Assembly: GCA_021846635.1 (NCBI GenBank)
Contig: JAJZWO010000001.1
Location: forward strand, 1-49,158
Direction of reading: 5' to 3'
Origin: Candidatus Micrarchaeota archaeon
Lineage (GTDB): Archaea; Micrarchaeota; Micrarchaeia; Micrarchaeales; Micrarchaeaceae
DNA: 49,158 nucleotides
Shown: positions 8,677 through 17,647 of the stretch, in pieces
How positions within the stretch are numbered: the first letter of the stretch is position 1
Layout: each line of letters begins with the position of its first letter
Notes under the pieces: generated by a model
Database searches by the model: none
Told to the model about the DNA's origin: nothing
Seen by the model: the letters and a program-made list of their open reading frames with translations, nothing else
Made by a program: the position numbers and the translations under genes

Positions 8677-9771
8677 ATGCCAAACATGCGCATAAACATA
8701 GGTCCTATACACCCAAGCACACACGGAGTCCTGCGTGTAGTTGCATATGTCAATGGAGACACGATTGACAGCGTTGAGCCGCACATAGGATTCCTCCACC
8801 GTGGCGTAGAAAAGCTAATGGAGACAAGGATGTACATGCAAAACCCTTCCTATACTGAGAAACTCGATTACGTCGCTCCAATGGGCTGGGATGAACTTTA
8901 TGTGAGTTCTGTCGAGAAAGCTACTGGAGCAACTGTGCTGGAAAATGCACAGTACGCTAGGGTTATACTTTTGGAATTTCAACGGATAGCAAGCCACCTT
9001 CTGTGGCTTGGCACCTTTGCCAACGATCTTGGGCAGATGTTCACTATATTCATGTGGGCATTCAGGGAGAGGGCCAAGGTGATAAAGTTCCTTGAGGATG
9101 TATCCGGGAGCAGGATGTTCTATGTAAATATGCGCATAGGTGGCTTAAACGGAGAATTGCCGGAAGACTTCAAAGAGCGCGCATATTCGCTGCTAGACTA
9201 TCTCGGTGAACAGATACCGAAATATAAGAGCCTGCTTGACAACAACAACTTCTTCGTTTCAAGAACCAAAGGCATCGGAGTCCTGTCAAAAGAAGATGCA
9301 ATAGCATACGGTGCATCAGGGCCAGTCCTACGGGCTTCGGGAGTCGGATATGATGTCAGAAAGTCCTCACCATACTATATATACGATAAGTTGAAGTTCA
9401 AAGTTCCACTCGGCACTCATGGCGACGCGTATGATCGCTACAGAGTAAGGTACGACGAGATGCTGGAAAGCATAAAGATAATAAAGCAAGCACTTGATTT
9501 AATGCCTGGAGGGAGCGTGGCAGGCGCGAAGATAAAACTCATCGGGCAGCCTGCAAAGCCGGATACTGTAATAATTTCGCGCGAGCTTCCCAGGGGAGAA
9601 GGCATCATATACCTGGTGCCAGACAAGCAGAAGCCGTACAGGATAGGAATGCGCAGCCCCGCGTACATAAACCTATCTTTGCTGCCCAAGCTTGCAAAGG
9701 GAGCCAAGTTTGCTGACCTATTCTCTATAATAGGCAGCCTTGACGTTGTTTTTGCAGAGATAGACAGATGA
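8677..9771 (+). CDS. nuoD: NADH-quinone oxidoreductase subunit D (49 kDa)
   Basis: 364 aa. The N-terminus is INIGPIHPSTHGVLRVV, followed by GFLHRGVEKL and RIASHLLWLG. Confidence 0.9.
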   Translation: MPNMRINIGPIHPSTHGVLRVVAYVNGDTIDSVEPHIGFLHRGVEKLMETRMYMQNPSYTEKLDYVAPMGWDELYVSSVEKATGATVLENAQYARVILLEFQRIASHLLWLGTFANDLGQMFTIFMWAFRERAKVIKFLEDVSGSRMFYVNMRIGGLNGELPEDFKERAYSLLDYLGEQIPKYKSLLDNNNFFVSRTKGIGVLSKEDAIAYGASGPVLRASGVGYDVRKSSPYYIYDKLKFKVPLGTHGDAYDRYRVRYDEMLESIKIIKQALDLMPGGSVAGAKIKLIGQPAKPDTVIISRELPRGEGIIYLVPDKQKPYRIGMRSPAYINLSLLPKLAKGAKFADLFSIIGSLDVVFAEIDR

Positions 9772-9783
9772 TTAAGTGATTTG

Positions 9784-10125
9784 ATGGAAGAAAGTAAAGT
9801 CGAGAAACTGACAAGGGATTACCAGTCTGCGCAGGAGAAGCTTCAATCGCTTGCTTTGCAAAGAGCCCAGTTCCAGCAGCAGAAAAGCGAGCTTACTGAG
9901 GCGCAAAAAAGAGTAAAATCAGCCGAAGGCAAGATATACTATCAGGTTGGCGGAGCCATAGTCGAAACGAAGAAGGACGATGCGCTCAAGGATATAAACG
10001 AGAAGCTCGAATCCGTCGATATGCGCTTAACCATAATCAATAAGCAGTATGGCGAAGCCTCCTCGCAGGAGCAGAAGCTGCGCGAGGAGCTGAGAAAGCT
10101 ACTGGAGCCAAACAGCGGTGCATAA
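9784..10125 (+). CDS. pfdB: Prefoldin subunit beta
   Basis: About 113 aa. Two coiled-coil arms flank the beta-hairpin core YYQVGGAIVETKKDDA, which is typical of the family. The ATG is at 9784; the track ORF begins at a TTG at 9781. Confidence 0.75.
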   Translation: MEESKVEKLTRDYQSAQEKLQSLALQRAQFQQQKSELTEAQKRVKSAEGKIYYQVGGAIVETKKDDALKDINEKLESVDMRLTIINKQYGEASSQEQKLREELRKLLEPNSGA

Positions 10126-11109
10126 ATGATCAAGCTAAGCATTGACGAAATGGTGTCTGAACTCAATGCTTTGGCATCAAAGAAAGTGTGCATAACTTTC
10201 CATTCTGTTGGAGATACGGATTCTGTATCGTCCGCATTTGGCATAGCTTCTATTTTGAAGAATGCCACTATAGCTACGCCAGATTATATAACCTCAAATT
10301 CCAAGAAGATATTAGAGCTGTTTGGTTACGATCCGTCCTCGATATCAACAAGCATCGGAAAGGATCTCGATGCCATAATACTGGTAGATGTGAATAACTA
10401 CGAAGATTGCGGTTCGTTCTCAGACATTTTGAAAAGCTATGGGAGAAAAGTCCTCGTTATAGACCACCATGCGCCAAACAACTCCCAGATACGCGGCTAT
10501 AATGACGAAAATTACAATTCTGCCGCAAGCATAGTATATGCAATACTCAAAAAGCTCAACCACCCAATCAACCCCAATCTCGCATCCCTCCTCGCTGCAG
10601 GGATAATATCCGACTCCGCAGAATTCAAGAATTCAATGCCAGATACATTCATACAACTCGGCGAGCTGCTCAAGCTTGCCAGAACCGACTATATGAATAT
10701 TCTGGTGCAGATATCTCCTGTTGGGGACGTCAATGGGAGGCACGCTACATTTGTTGATATACAGGAATCTCATGCCGAAGTCTACAACAATCTCTTGGTG
10801 GTGCGAGGCAAAGCGCATTCACACTCAAATTTAGCGGCAGACAACGCCATAAAATGCGGCGTCGATCTTGCGCTCTTCCACTCGTTTAACGATTCTGAGG
10901 TATCGTTTTCGTCAAGACTGAGGCCTACGCTAGATTCGAAATACGGGATACACCTTGGAAGAATATCACAAAAGCTTGCATACCTGATAGGAGGCACAGG
11001 GGGCGGTCATCCATGCGCAGCTGGCGCATTCGGCAATAAGGAGGAAGCATGGTCTATATTCGAAGAAACGTTCTTGAACGAGGTTCTTAAACTGGTTGGT
11101 GGTCAGTAA
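10126..11109 (+). CDS. DHH/DHHA1-family phosphoesterase (NrnA/RecJ-like superfamily)
   Basis: 327 aa. DHH motifs are HSVGDTDS, LVDVN and VIDHHAPN. The DHHA1 motif is GGGHPCAAGA. Its start abuts the pfdB stop (TAAATG). Confidence 0.75.
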   Translation: MIKLSIDEMVSELNALASKKVCITFHSVGDTDSVSSAFGIASILKNATIATPDYITSNSKKILELFGYDPSSISTSIGKDLDAIILVDVNNYEDCGSFSDILKSYGRKVLVIDHHAPNNSQIRGYNDENYNSAASIVYAILKKLNHPINPNLASLLAAGIISDSAEFKNSMPDTFIQLGELLKLARTDYMNILVQISPVGDVNGRHATFVDIQESHAEVYNNLLVVRGKAHSHSNLAADNAIKCGVDLALFHSFNDSEVSFSSRLRPTLDSKYGIHLGRISQKLAYLIGGTGGGHPCAAGAFGNKEEAWSIFEETFLNEVLKLVGGQ

Positions 11110-12312
11110 ATGAAAATCGCAATAGTTTCTGATCTTCATATAGGCTACGAGCGTTTCCGCCAAGATGCGCTTCGCCAGGCAAGAATGGCTTTGGAGAAGG
11201 CGGTACAGGTTGCAGACGCGATACTGATTCCCGGTGACATATTCGACAAGCGAGCCCCAAAACCTGACGTAATAGCAGATGCAATAAACCTTTTCAGGGA
11301 CTTGAGAGACTTAAATAAACTCGGATCTGAGATAGCTGAATTCCGCGGGCCAGGCAGTATATACACCAAGTTTCCAATAATTGCAGTTCCAGGGACGCAT
11401 GAAAGAACTGCCGCAGGGAAGGAGAACCCCCTGGCGCTTCTTTCGCTCGCAGGCTTGCTGGCGGACACGAGCGAATCAACCACAGTAATAAAGAAGAGAA
11501 GCGAAAAGGTTGCGGTTTTTGGCCTTGGGGGCGTGCCCGAGGAACAAGTCAAGAGCGAGCTGCAGCGCCTTTCTCCATTACCCTTTCCTGGTGCGTTTAA
11601 CATATTCATGTTTCATCAGTCCATATACGAAATTCTTCCATTCAACGACTCTTTCATACACTATGACGACCTGCCGGAAGGCTTTGACCTTTATGTATGC
11701 GGGCACATACACAACCGCATAGAAACAACGGTCCATGGGAAGCCATTCCTGATACCTGGAAGCACAGTATTGACACAGCTCAAGGATAAGGAGCAGGGAA
11801 AGAAGGGATTCATAGTTTTCGATACAGAAACGCTCGCTTGGGAGTTCATAGAGATAGACTCCAGAAATTTTGTCCTTGAGACAGTGGAAGCAGAAGGCGC
11901 AACCGCATCTAAGGTAGCATCCTCAATAAGAAGTGCAATAGAAAAGGCTGTCGACTCCTACGACAATCCCGTCGTGCGCGTAGTTGTGAGCGGGACGCTC
12001 GAGAAGGGCTCTGAAGCTTCAGACATAGCGCTTCAGAAATTGGTGTCCGAATTTTCAGGCAGGGCAGAAATAGAGATAGACCTATCAAAGCTGGAAAGCG
12101 AAGGTCTTGGCGAACGTATAGACCAGATACGCGCAGGAAAGCTAGGCAACATGTCTATAAAGGAGATGGGCATGGCCTTGCTGCTAGACAGGCTAAAGGC
12201 GGAGGGATATTCCGGCAGAATAGACCCACAGACGCTTTTTTCGATACTGTCAGAATCAAAGAAAGAGGAGGCCATCAAGGCCGTACTCGAACTTCTTGAA
12301 AAGGAAAAATGA
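11110..12312 (+). CDS. Mre11/SbcD-like calcineurin-fold metallophosphoesterase (DNA repair exonuclease-like)
   Basis: 400 aa. Motif I is SDLHIG and motif II is PGDIFD. Motif III is PGTHER, where GNHD/E is expected. Motif IV is FHQS and motif V is CGHIHN. The fold is followed by PGS and a helical C-terminal domain. The start abuts the DHH gene stop. Confidence 0.6.
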   Translation: MKIAIVSDLHIGYERFRQDALRQARMALEKAVQVADAILIPGDIFDKRAPKPDVIADAINLFRDLRDLNKLGSEIAEFRGPGSIYTKFPIIAVPGTHERTAAGKENPLALLSLAGLLADTSESTTVIKKRSEKVAVFGLGGVPEEQVKSELQRLSPLPFPGAFNIFMFHQSIYEILPFNDSFIHYDDLPEGFDLYVCGHIHNRIETTVHGKPFLIPGSTVLTQLKDKEQGKKGFIVFDTETLAWEFIEIDSRNFVLETVEAEGATASKVASSIRSAIEKAVDSYDNPVVRVVVSGTLEKGSEASDIALQKLVSEFSGRAEIEIDLSKLESEGLGERIDQIRAGKLGNMSIKEMGMALLLDRLKAEGYSGRIDPQTLFSILSESKKEEAIKAVLELLEKEK

Positions 12313-12313
12313 G

Positions 12314-12550
12314 TCAAAGAGCCTTTATTCCAAGGGCCTTTGCCACTGCCTCCCTATTCTTGACGTCTACAGTCTCGCCAAGAAGCTCAAGGTGGGCGGT
12401 GTTGCATCTCCTTTCCTTCTTGTGCCTTGTTGCCGTCAATATCTGTACGTAGCCTTTTCCTTCAATCTTTGTTATTACTGCTCTGCTCCCTGCATCTCTC
12501 CCCAATTTCTTTATACACAGTCTTCCCGGTTCCAGTAACATTCTAATCAC
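12314..12550 (-). CDS. rpl14e: 50S ribosomal protein L14e
   Basis: 78 aa with a KOW-like GRLCIKKLGRDAGS motif. It lies in the conserved L34e-cmk-L14e neighbourhood. The start may be the ATG at 12541. Confidence 0.8.
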   Translation of the reverse strand: MIRMLLEPGRLCIKKLGRDAGSRAVITKIEGKGYVQILTATRHKKERRCNTAHLELLGETVDVKNREAVAKALGIKAL

Positions 12551-13091
12551 CTAAAACATTATCGTTGTCCCTGCCTATGGAGAGAAGCAGGACCTGCTCC
12601 GTCTCCTCCTTCAGAGTCATCTTTTCAGTATTAATTACAATGTCAAATATACTTCTATCCTTTATATCTATTCCGTAAACCTTCATGAAATGTTCTGCAG
12701 TAAGCCCGTCTATTTTGCTAACAGTATCAATCTCGGAATCTATGTCCTTGTTTTTCGTGAGTGCAGCGCGTCTTCTTGCCCTTTCCTGCAATCCGCAATC
12801 AAGCCATACCCTCACTGTAGCATTCTTTATCAACCATGGCGACAGTCTTGTAGTGGCAACAAAGTTGCTTCCTTTTGCCTCGCTCTCCGCCCTGCCATCA
12901 AATTCCTTGGCGTGGGCAGTATCTCCTTCAGAAACGAGCCTTTCCAGCAGCCCTATCAGCCTAGTGTCATCGTTGCCTACAGCGGATTTGTAGCTCATAT
13001 TTATGTGCTTTATGCCAAGTTTCGAGGCGATGGCGCTTCCCAAAGCGCTTTTTCCAGAAGAGGTATAGCCGCTTATGCAGATTCCTATCAT
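12543..13091 (-). CDS. cmk: Cytidylate kinase (archaeal type)
   Basis: 182 aa with P-loop ISGYTSSGKS. It sits between L34e and L14e, as in many archaea. Confidence 0.7.
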   Translation of the reverse strand: MIGICISGYTSSGKSALGSAIASKLGIKHINMSYKSAVGNDDTRLIGLLERLVSEGDTAHAKEFDGRAESEAKGSNFVATTRLSPWLIKNATVRVWLDCGLQERARRRAALTKNKDIDSEIDTVSKIDGLTAEHFMKVYGIDIKDRSIFDIVINTEKMTLKEETEQVLLLSIGRDNDNVLGD

Positions 13092-13095
13092 CCTA

Positions 13096-13413
13096 TCAGT
13101 GCGCTACCAGTTGCAGCACGTATTTCCGCTGCCTAATTCCGACATCGTCAAGCTTCATGTCTCCCTGCTCGACTCTGCTCCCAAGTGTAACTACCGTAGC
13201 TGCGCAAGAAGCGCAAAGTACTCCACCAAACAGCCTCGAATTGGTCCTCCTGCTCTTTCCTCCCTTCTGGCTTATTCCGTTGAGTTCTGAGCCACATATT
13301 GCACAGTGCGGCATGGAATTCTTGCCTCTCCTGTAGTGGACAACATTCCTGCCCTTTATGGTGACCCTTCTGACTGATTTTGAACTGCCAGACCTATGCA
13401 TTGGTTTTGTCAA
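13096..13413 (-). CDS. rpl34e: 50S ribosomal protein L34e
   Basis: 105 aa. A basic N-terminus (HRSGSSKSVRRVTIKGRNVVHYRR) and cysteine pairs CAICG...CASC. Confidence 0.85.
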   Translation of the reverse strand: MTKPMHRSGSSKSVRRVTIKGRNVVHYRRGKNSMPHCAICGSELNGISQKGGKSRRTNSRLFGGVLCASCAATVVTLGSRVEQGDMKLDDVGIRQRKYVLQLVAH

Positions 13414-13455
13414 TTAAAGCACCGATTGCGTTTATCTATTAATAGGATAAGCTAT

Positions 13456-13968
13456 TTAGTCTTTCTCATAATTGGAGAAGACCTCGTTGCTGTTCTGCAT
13501 GGCCTGCTCCAGCTTCGTCTTCTTTCTGTCATACGCCATTATGACACCTGCAGACACCAATCCCGATAGGAAAACAACCGCGAAAAACAGGCTCTTGTAG
13601 TTGAGCCCCGACACGATGAACGTGACTGTCTCCTTAGATATGCTGCCGAACATGGCAGGCATGAGAACGTAGTAAAGAAGGAAGAAGATTGGTATTATTA
13701 TGAGCGTTGACTTCATCTGCATCTTCATGCTCTCGGTCATCATCGGCATAAGCTCCTTCTGCTTTGCCGCTATCTCCTCCTGCGGCCTCTTGTTCTTTAC
13801 CATATCATTCAGTATGGCCGTGTGCTTCTTCATCTTAGCTTGCGCATCCCTCATCCTCTTGGGATCCGATATCTTTCTCTGTGCAAATATCGAAAACGAG
13901 GTGTACGCCAGCGCTATCGCTATTATTATGAGTTCGGTACCGAAAGGCATTGGCACAGTAGCTACCAT
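13456..13968 (-). CDS. DUF106/EMC3-TMCO1-like membrane protein (archaeal YidC/Oxa1-like insertase candidate)
   Basis: 170 aa. A TM segment, a charged coiled region, then two more TM segments. It sits between adk and L34e, as for MJ0480-type genes. Confidence 0.65.
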   Translation of the reverse strand: MVATVPMPFGTELIIIAIALAYTSFSIFAQRKISDPKRMRDAQAKMKKHTAILNDMVKNKRPQEEIAAKQKELMPMMTESMKMQMKSTLIIIPIFFLLYYVLMPAMFGSISKETVTFIVSGLNYKSLFFAVVFLSGLVSAGVIMAYDRKKTKLEQAMQNSNEVFSNYEKD

Positions 13969-14535
13969 CTAATCCCTGAATATCTCTTCGAGCACCTTGT
14001 TGAAAGCACTCGAACTCTCAATAAGCATGCCCTGTCTGTTCCTAATTAGGTATAATGAAATATTTAAATATGAGCTATAGAACGAAAGCGTCGCTATATT
14101 GATGTCGCGCTGCACGTCGAGCATCTCCTTACCGTCATTCTCCCTGTGCCTGTTCGTATCAAGAGCCCTCCTGAGGAGTATCTCATCCGACCCGGCATCT
14201 ATGTACACTATAGCCTTAAGCCATTTCGCGCTTCCTATGATCGAGAACGGCAGCCCCGTAAGAAACTTGCCCTCGCTTTCGACAGTCGCATGGGTGTCTA
14301 TGACCAGCTTGCCTTCCATTCTACCTATCGCTGCAAAGGCCTCCTCCCTAAGCCTGTCTATCTTTTCCTTGTCAAGCTTGCGTATTTCGTCCCGGTCCTT
14401 AACATATCCTAGCTTTACCGCAAAGTCCTTCATAAGGTTACCTACGTTGACCAGCTTGCAGCCTTTCAGGTCTGCAGCAGCAAGTAGCGTAGTCTTGCCT
14501 GCTCCGGGAGAACCAGTCACTATGATGCCTTTCAT
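13969..14535 (-). CDS. adkA: Adenylate kinase, archaeal type
   Basis: P-loop VTGSPGAGKTT directly after the ATG at 14535. The track ORF extends to 14559. Confidence 0.8.
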   Translation of the reverse strand: MKGIIVTGSPGAGKTTLLAAADLKGCKLVNVGNLMKDFAVKLGYVKDRDEIRKLDKEKIDRLREEAFAAIGRMEGKLVIDTHATVESEGKFLTGLPFSIIGSAKWLKAIVYIDAGSDEILLRRALDTNRHRENDGKEMLDVQRDINIATLSFYSSYLNISLYLIRNRQGMLIESSSAFNKVLEEIFRD

Positions 14536-14595
14536 AAGAATAAGCTTGCATTCAAGCAATAAAAATCTAACTAAGGATAAGCGGAGAGGGATGGA

Positions 14596-16245
14596 TTACT
14601 CCATCTCGCCTCCTGGAGGCATGCCCCCCATTCCTCCTCCAGGGCCTCCCTTTGCCCTGGCGCTTATCATGTCGTCTATCCTTAGGATTATCTCCGCAGC
14701 CTCGCTGGCGCTGTATATCGCCTGCATCTTCACCCTCATAGGCTCAAAGATCCCCTGCTTTGCCATGTCGCTTATGCTGTTCTTGTATATGTCTATTCCG
14801 TACGACATTCCGTCCTTGGTCCTGTGCTTGTTCCTGAGTTGCACCAGCGTGTCTATTGCATCCATGCCCGCGCTTTCCGCCAGCGTCTTTGGTATTATCT
14901 CGAGAGCGTCAGCGAACTTCTGTATCGCAAGCTGCTCTCTGCCGCCTACGCTGTTGGAATAGTTTCTTATCTCATTGGCTATCTCGGTCTCTATGCTGCC
15001 GCCTCCGGAGACATACTTGCCATCTTCCACAACGCTCGTTATGGCGCCTATCACGTCAACAAGCGACCTTTCGACCTCGTCGACCACCTGCTGCGTGCCG
15101 CCCCTTATGAAGAGCGTTACGCTCTTCGGGTTCTTGCAGTTTTCTATGAAAACCATCTGTTCTCCTGCAACTTTGCGCTCCTCGGCGAGCCCAGCAAATC
15201 CGAGATCCTGTTCCTCAAGATCGTCAAGGCTTGTGATTATCTTGGCACCAGTCGCCTTCGCTATCTTCTCGATGTCGCTTTTCTTCACCCTCCTTATAGC
15301 GGCTATCCCGGCCTTGGAAAGGTAGTGCTGTGCAACGTCGTCGATGCCCTTCTGCGTAACAACGAAGTTGGCCTTGCTTCTCCTTATCTTCTCAACCATC
15401 TCTTTGAGCATGTGCTCTTCCTGCTGCAGGAATGCCTGCATCTGCTCTGGCGATGTTATCTCTATCTTGGCGTCTGTCTCGGTCTTTTCTATCTCGAGAG
15501 CAACATCAAGCAGAGCTATTTTTGCGTTCTTGGTGCTCTTCGGCATTCCCGGGTGGGCAATCTCCTTGTCGACCAGCACTCCGCTTATGAGCTGCGTGTC
15601 TGCTATAGTTCCGCCTGTCTTCTTCTCTATTTTTATGTAGTCCTTGTCCACTATGGCCTTTCCTGCCGAATTCTTGTCCACTACCTGCTTCACAGACTTT
15701 ATTACAAGCTTGGACAAGTATGCCTTTACTGATTCGTCACCAACGTTCTTGGATCCCATCGAAACGCCTGCTATCTTCTGTAGCAGCGTCTCGTCTGATA
15801 TGTTAACCTCCTTTGCGCTTTTCTTGAGTATCTCCTCGGCTTTCTGCGCTGCGATTTTATAACCCTTAATCACTGTTGTCGGGTGCACTCCCTGCTCAAG
15901 CAGCTCTCCTGCGCCTTTCAGCAGTTCCCCTGCCATAACTACGACAGTAGTAGTTCCGTCTCCGACCTCCCTGTCCTGGGTCTTCGCGATGTCTACCATG
16001 ATCTTTGCCACTGGGTGCTCTACGTTCATCTCCTCCAGTATCGTCGCACCGTCATTGGTTATGACTATGTCGCCTAGATCGCTTACCATCATTTTGTCCA
16101 TGCCTTTTGGACCTAGCGTCGTCTTTACTGCATTAGCTACTGCTATTCCTACTGCTATGTTCGTCCTCTGTGCATCTCTTCCAAGAAGCCTTGTGGATCC
16201 CTCTGGAAGCACAAGATACTGTGGTCCTAATTGATTTTCAGCCAT
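14596..16245 (-). CDS. ths: Thermosome subunit (group II chaperonin)
   Basis: Motifs [18 protein letters not shown] and VGDGTTT, plus a C-terminal [14 protein letters not shown] tail. I take the start as the ATG at 16245 (MAENQLG), preceded by GGTGAT three nt upstream. The track ORF's extra 44 codons are AT-rich promoter sequence. Confidence 0.95.
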   Translation of the reverse strand: MAENQLGPQYLVLPEGSTRLLGRDAQRTNIAVGIAVANAVKTTLGPKGMDKMMVSDLGDIVITNDGATILEEMNVEHPVAKIMVDIAKTQDREVGDGTTTVVVMAGELLKGAGELLEQGVHPTTVIKGYKIAAQKAEEILKKSAKEVNISDETLLQKIAGVSMGSKNVGDESVKAYLSKLVIKSVKQVVDKNSAGKAIVDKDYIKIEKKTGGTIADTQLISGVLVDKEIAHPGMPKSTKNAKIALLDVALEIEKTETDAKIEITSPEQMQAFLQQEEHMLKEMVEKIRRSKANFVVTQKGIDDVAQHYLSKAGIAAIRRVKKSDIEKIAKATGAKIITSLDDLEEQDLGFAGLAEERKVAGEQMVFIENCKNPKSVTLFIRGGTQQVVDEVERSLVDVIGAITSVVEDGKYVSGGGSIETEIANEIRNYSNSVGGREQLAIQKFADALEIIPKTLAESAGMDAIDTLVQLRNKHRTKDGMSYGIDIYKNSISDMAKQGIFEPMRVKMQAIYSASEAAEIILRIDDMISARAKGGPGGGMGGMPPGGEME

Positions 16246-16342
16246 TTTATCACCTAAATATAAGAATCGAGTTGCATATGCATATTTCATATATATATGC
16301 TTATACATTAAGTTATACTTGTAAAAGTATAAATACCTTTCC

Positions 16343-17137
16343 TCACAACTGCAAGAGCTTATCCGCGATTGAAGCATAAAGCGCCGCTAACTCCTTCTCA
16401 CTACGGACAGGCACCTCTCCTCTATCTGCATAGTCCGCAAGTTTCTTCTCGTAAGGCACCACCCCCATTACCTCTGTACCCAATTCTTTTGCAACCATTT
16501 CGACGTTAACGTTTGGAAGTTCTACCATGTTGCCTATTACTCCGAGCACCGGTACGCTGAGCATCTTTGCCATAAGGCCAGACTTTATGGTGTTCACTGC
16601 CGCAATTCTCTGCCCTGTAGTCACAACAACAAACCCATCGAGACCCAGCACCTGCATTATTGTCAGCGGCGCGTCTGAAGTTCCTGGAGGCAGATCTATT
16701 ATCAAGAAATCGAGCTCCCCCCATTCGGTGTTCTCGAAGAAATCATACAGCATTTTCACTATTATCGGCCCCCTCCATATAATCGGGGCTTTTCTGTCAT
16801 CTACAAGCATTGCTGTTGAAGCTACCTTTATGCCGTCCTTGAGCACCGGCTTGAGCGGCAGTTCCGCCGCACCCATCCTTTCTGTAGCGCCTATGAACAT
16901 AGGCAGATTGGGACAGTCTATGTCAGCATCAAGCAGCCCAACCTTTAGCCCTTTTGCTGCGAGAGCATAAGCGAGATTCACCGCTGTTGTCGTCTTTCCT
17001 ACGCCCCCCTTCGCGCTATAAACTCCTATCTTCTTTTTGATTCCTGCAAGTGACCGCCTTACCGCCTCCTTATGCTGCATGACAAGCGAAAAAGAAGGAT
17101 GCATGTTTCCACTTGGCTGCCTTTTTTCATCTTCCAT
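16343..17137 (-). CDS. Mrp/NBP35-family P-loop ATPase (Fe-S cluster carrier-like)
   Basis: Deviant Walker A is SAKGGVGKTT. LDADIDCPNLP and IIDLPPGTSD match Mrp/ApbC signatures. I see no C-terminal CxxC motif. Confidence 0.7.
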   Translation of the reverse strand: MEDEKRQPSGNMHPSFSLVMQHKEAVRRSLAGIKKKIGVYSAKGGVGKTTTAVNLAYALAAKGLKVGLLDADIDCPNLPMFIGATERMGAAELPLKPVLKDGIKVASTAMLVDDRKAPIIWRGPIIVKMLYDFFENTEWGELDFLIIDLPPGTSDAPLTIMQVLGLDGFVVVTTGQRIAAVNTIKSGLMAKMLSVPVLGVIGNMVELPNVNVEMVAKELGTEVMGVVPYEKKLADYADRGEVPVRSEKELAALYASIADKLLQL

Positions 17138-17272
17138 GCGTGTATTTAGTTGCCAAAAACCTTAATACGTTGCGCAGGGCAGGTGCGACGTCGATAAACC
17201 GGGCGTCAATGCAAAGGGATTTATAGTTTTTCCCGATTTAAACTATTATCTGCATTCTTTGAAGGTGTATGA

Positions 17273-17647
17273 ATGAAAATAAGTGAATTGAAGGCTGGCG
17301 CTACAAACGTAACGATACAGGCAAAAGTGGTAAGCAAAGACGATCCAAGGGAAGTGGTCACGAAATACGGCAAAAGGCTGAGCGTCGCGAACATAAAGCT
17401 GCAGGACGACACTGGCAGCATACAAATGTCCCTCTGGGGCAACGACATAAACACAGTAGACATAGGCGACACGATAGAGATAGCCAACGGATATGTAAAC
17501 GAATTCAGGGGCACGCCACAGCTCTCAACCGGCAAATACGGAAAGATAAAAGTCGTAGAGAAGGGCGAAGGAGGCTCTTCAGAGATGCCGGTAGAGGAAA
17601 GTTCCGATTACTCCGAGGAAAGCGACGATTCCGACATGGAAGTTTGA
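17273..17647 (+). CDS. ssb: Single-OB-fold ssDNA-binding protein with acidic C-terminal tail
   Basis: 124 aa. The OB-fold pattern (VTIQAKVV...SVANIKLQDDTGSIQMSLWG...IEIANGYVNEFRG.PQLS) resembles the Sulfolobus-type SSB. The tail is SSDYSEESDDSDMEV. Confidence 0.7.
   Translation: MKISELKAGATNVTIQAKVVSKDDPREVVTKYGKRLSVANIKLQDDTGSIQMSLWGNDINTVDIGDTIEIANGYVNEFRGTPQLSTGKYGKIKVVEKGEGGSSEMPVEESSDYSEESDDSDMEV

Noticed and set aside
14099-14962. A 287-aa ORF on the + strand spanning the adk-thermosome junction, and a similar 302-aa ORF at 14824-15732.
   Set aside because: Both lie antisense to two strongly supported genes. Their products are Ser/Leu/Pro-rich and low-complexity with no motifs. Stop-poor frames like this are typical opposite highly expressed genes.
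16246-16377. A 44-codon N-terminal extension of the thermosome ORF (MLQSRISSCSCEERYLYFYKY...).
   Set aside because: The sequence is A/T-rich promoter-like DNA with a Tyr/Lys/Ile-rich translation. The conserved thermosome N-terminus begins at the ATG at 16245, which is preceded by a GGTGAT Shine-Dalgarno-like element. The extension would also overlap the upstream Mrp gene.
17608-17647. A 40-nt convergent overlap between the ssb 3' end (acidic tail) and the flippase-like gene 3' end (basic tail).
   Set aside because: Both frames end at genuine stop codons. Both tails are low-complexity, and the overlap is a plausible by-product of compact genome organisation. I have no evidence for a regulatory antisense role.
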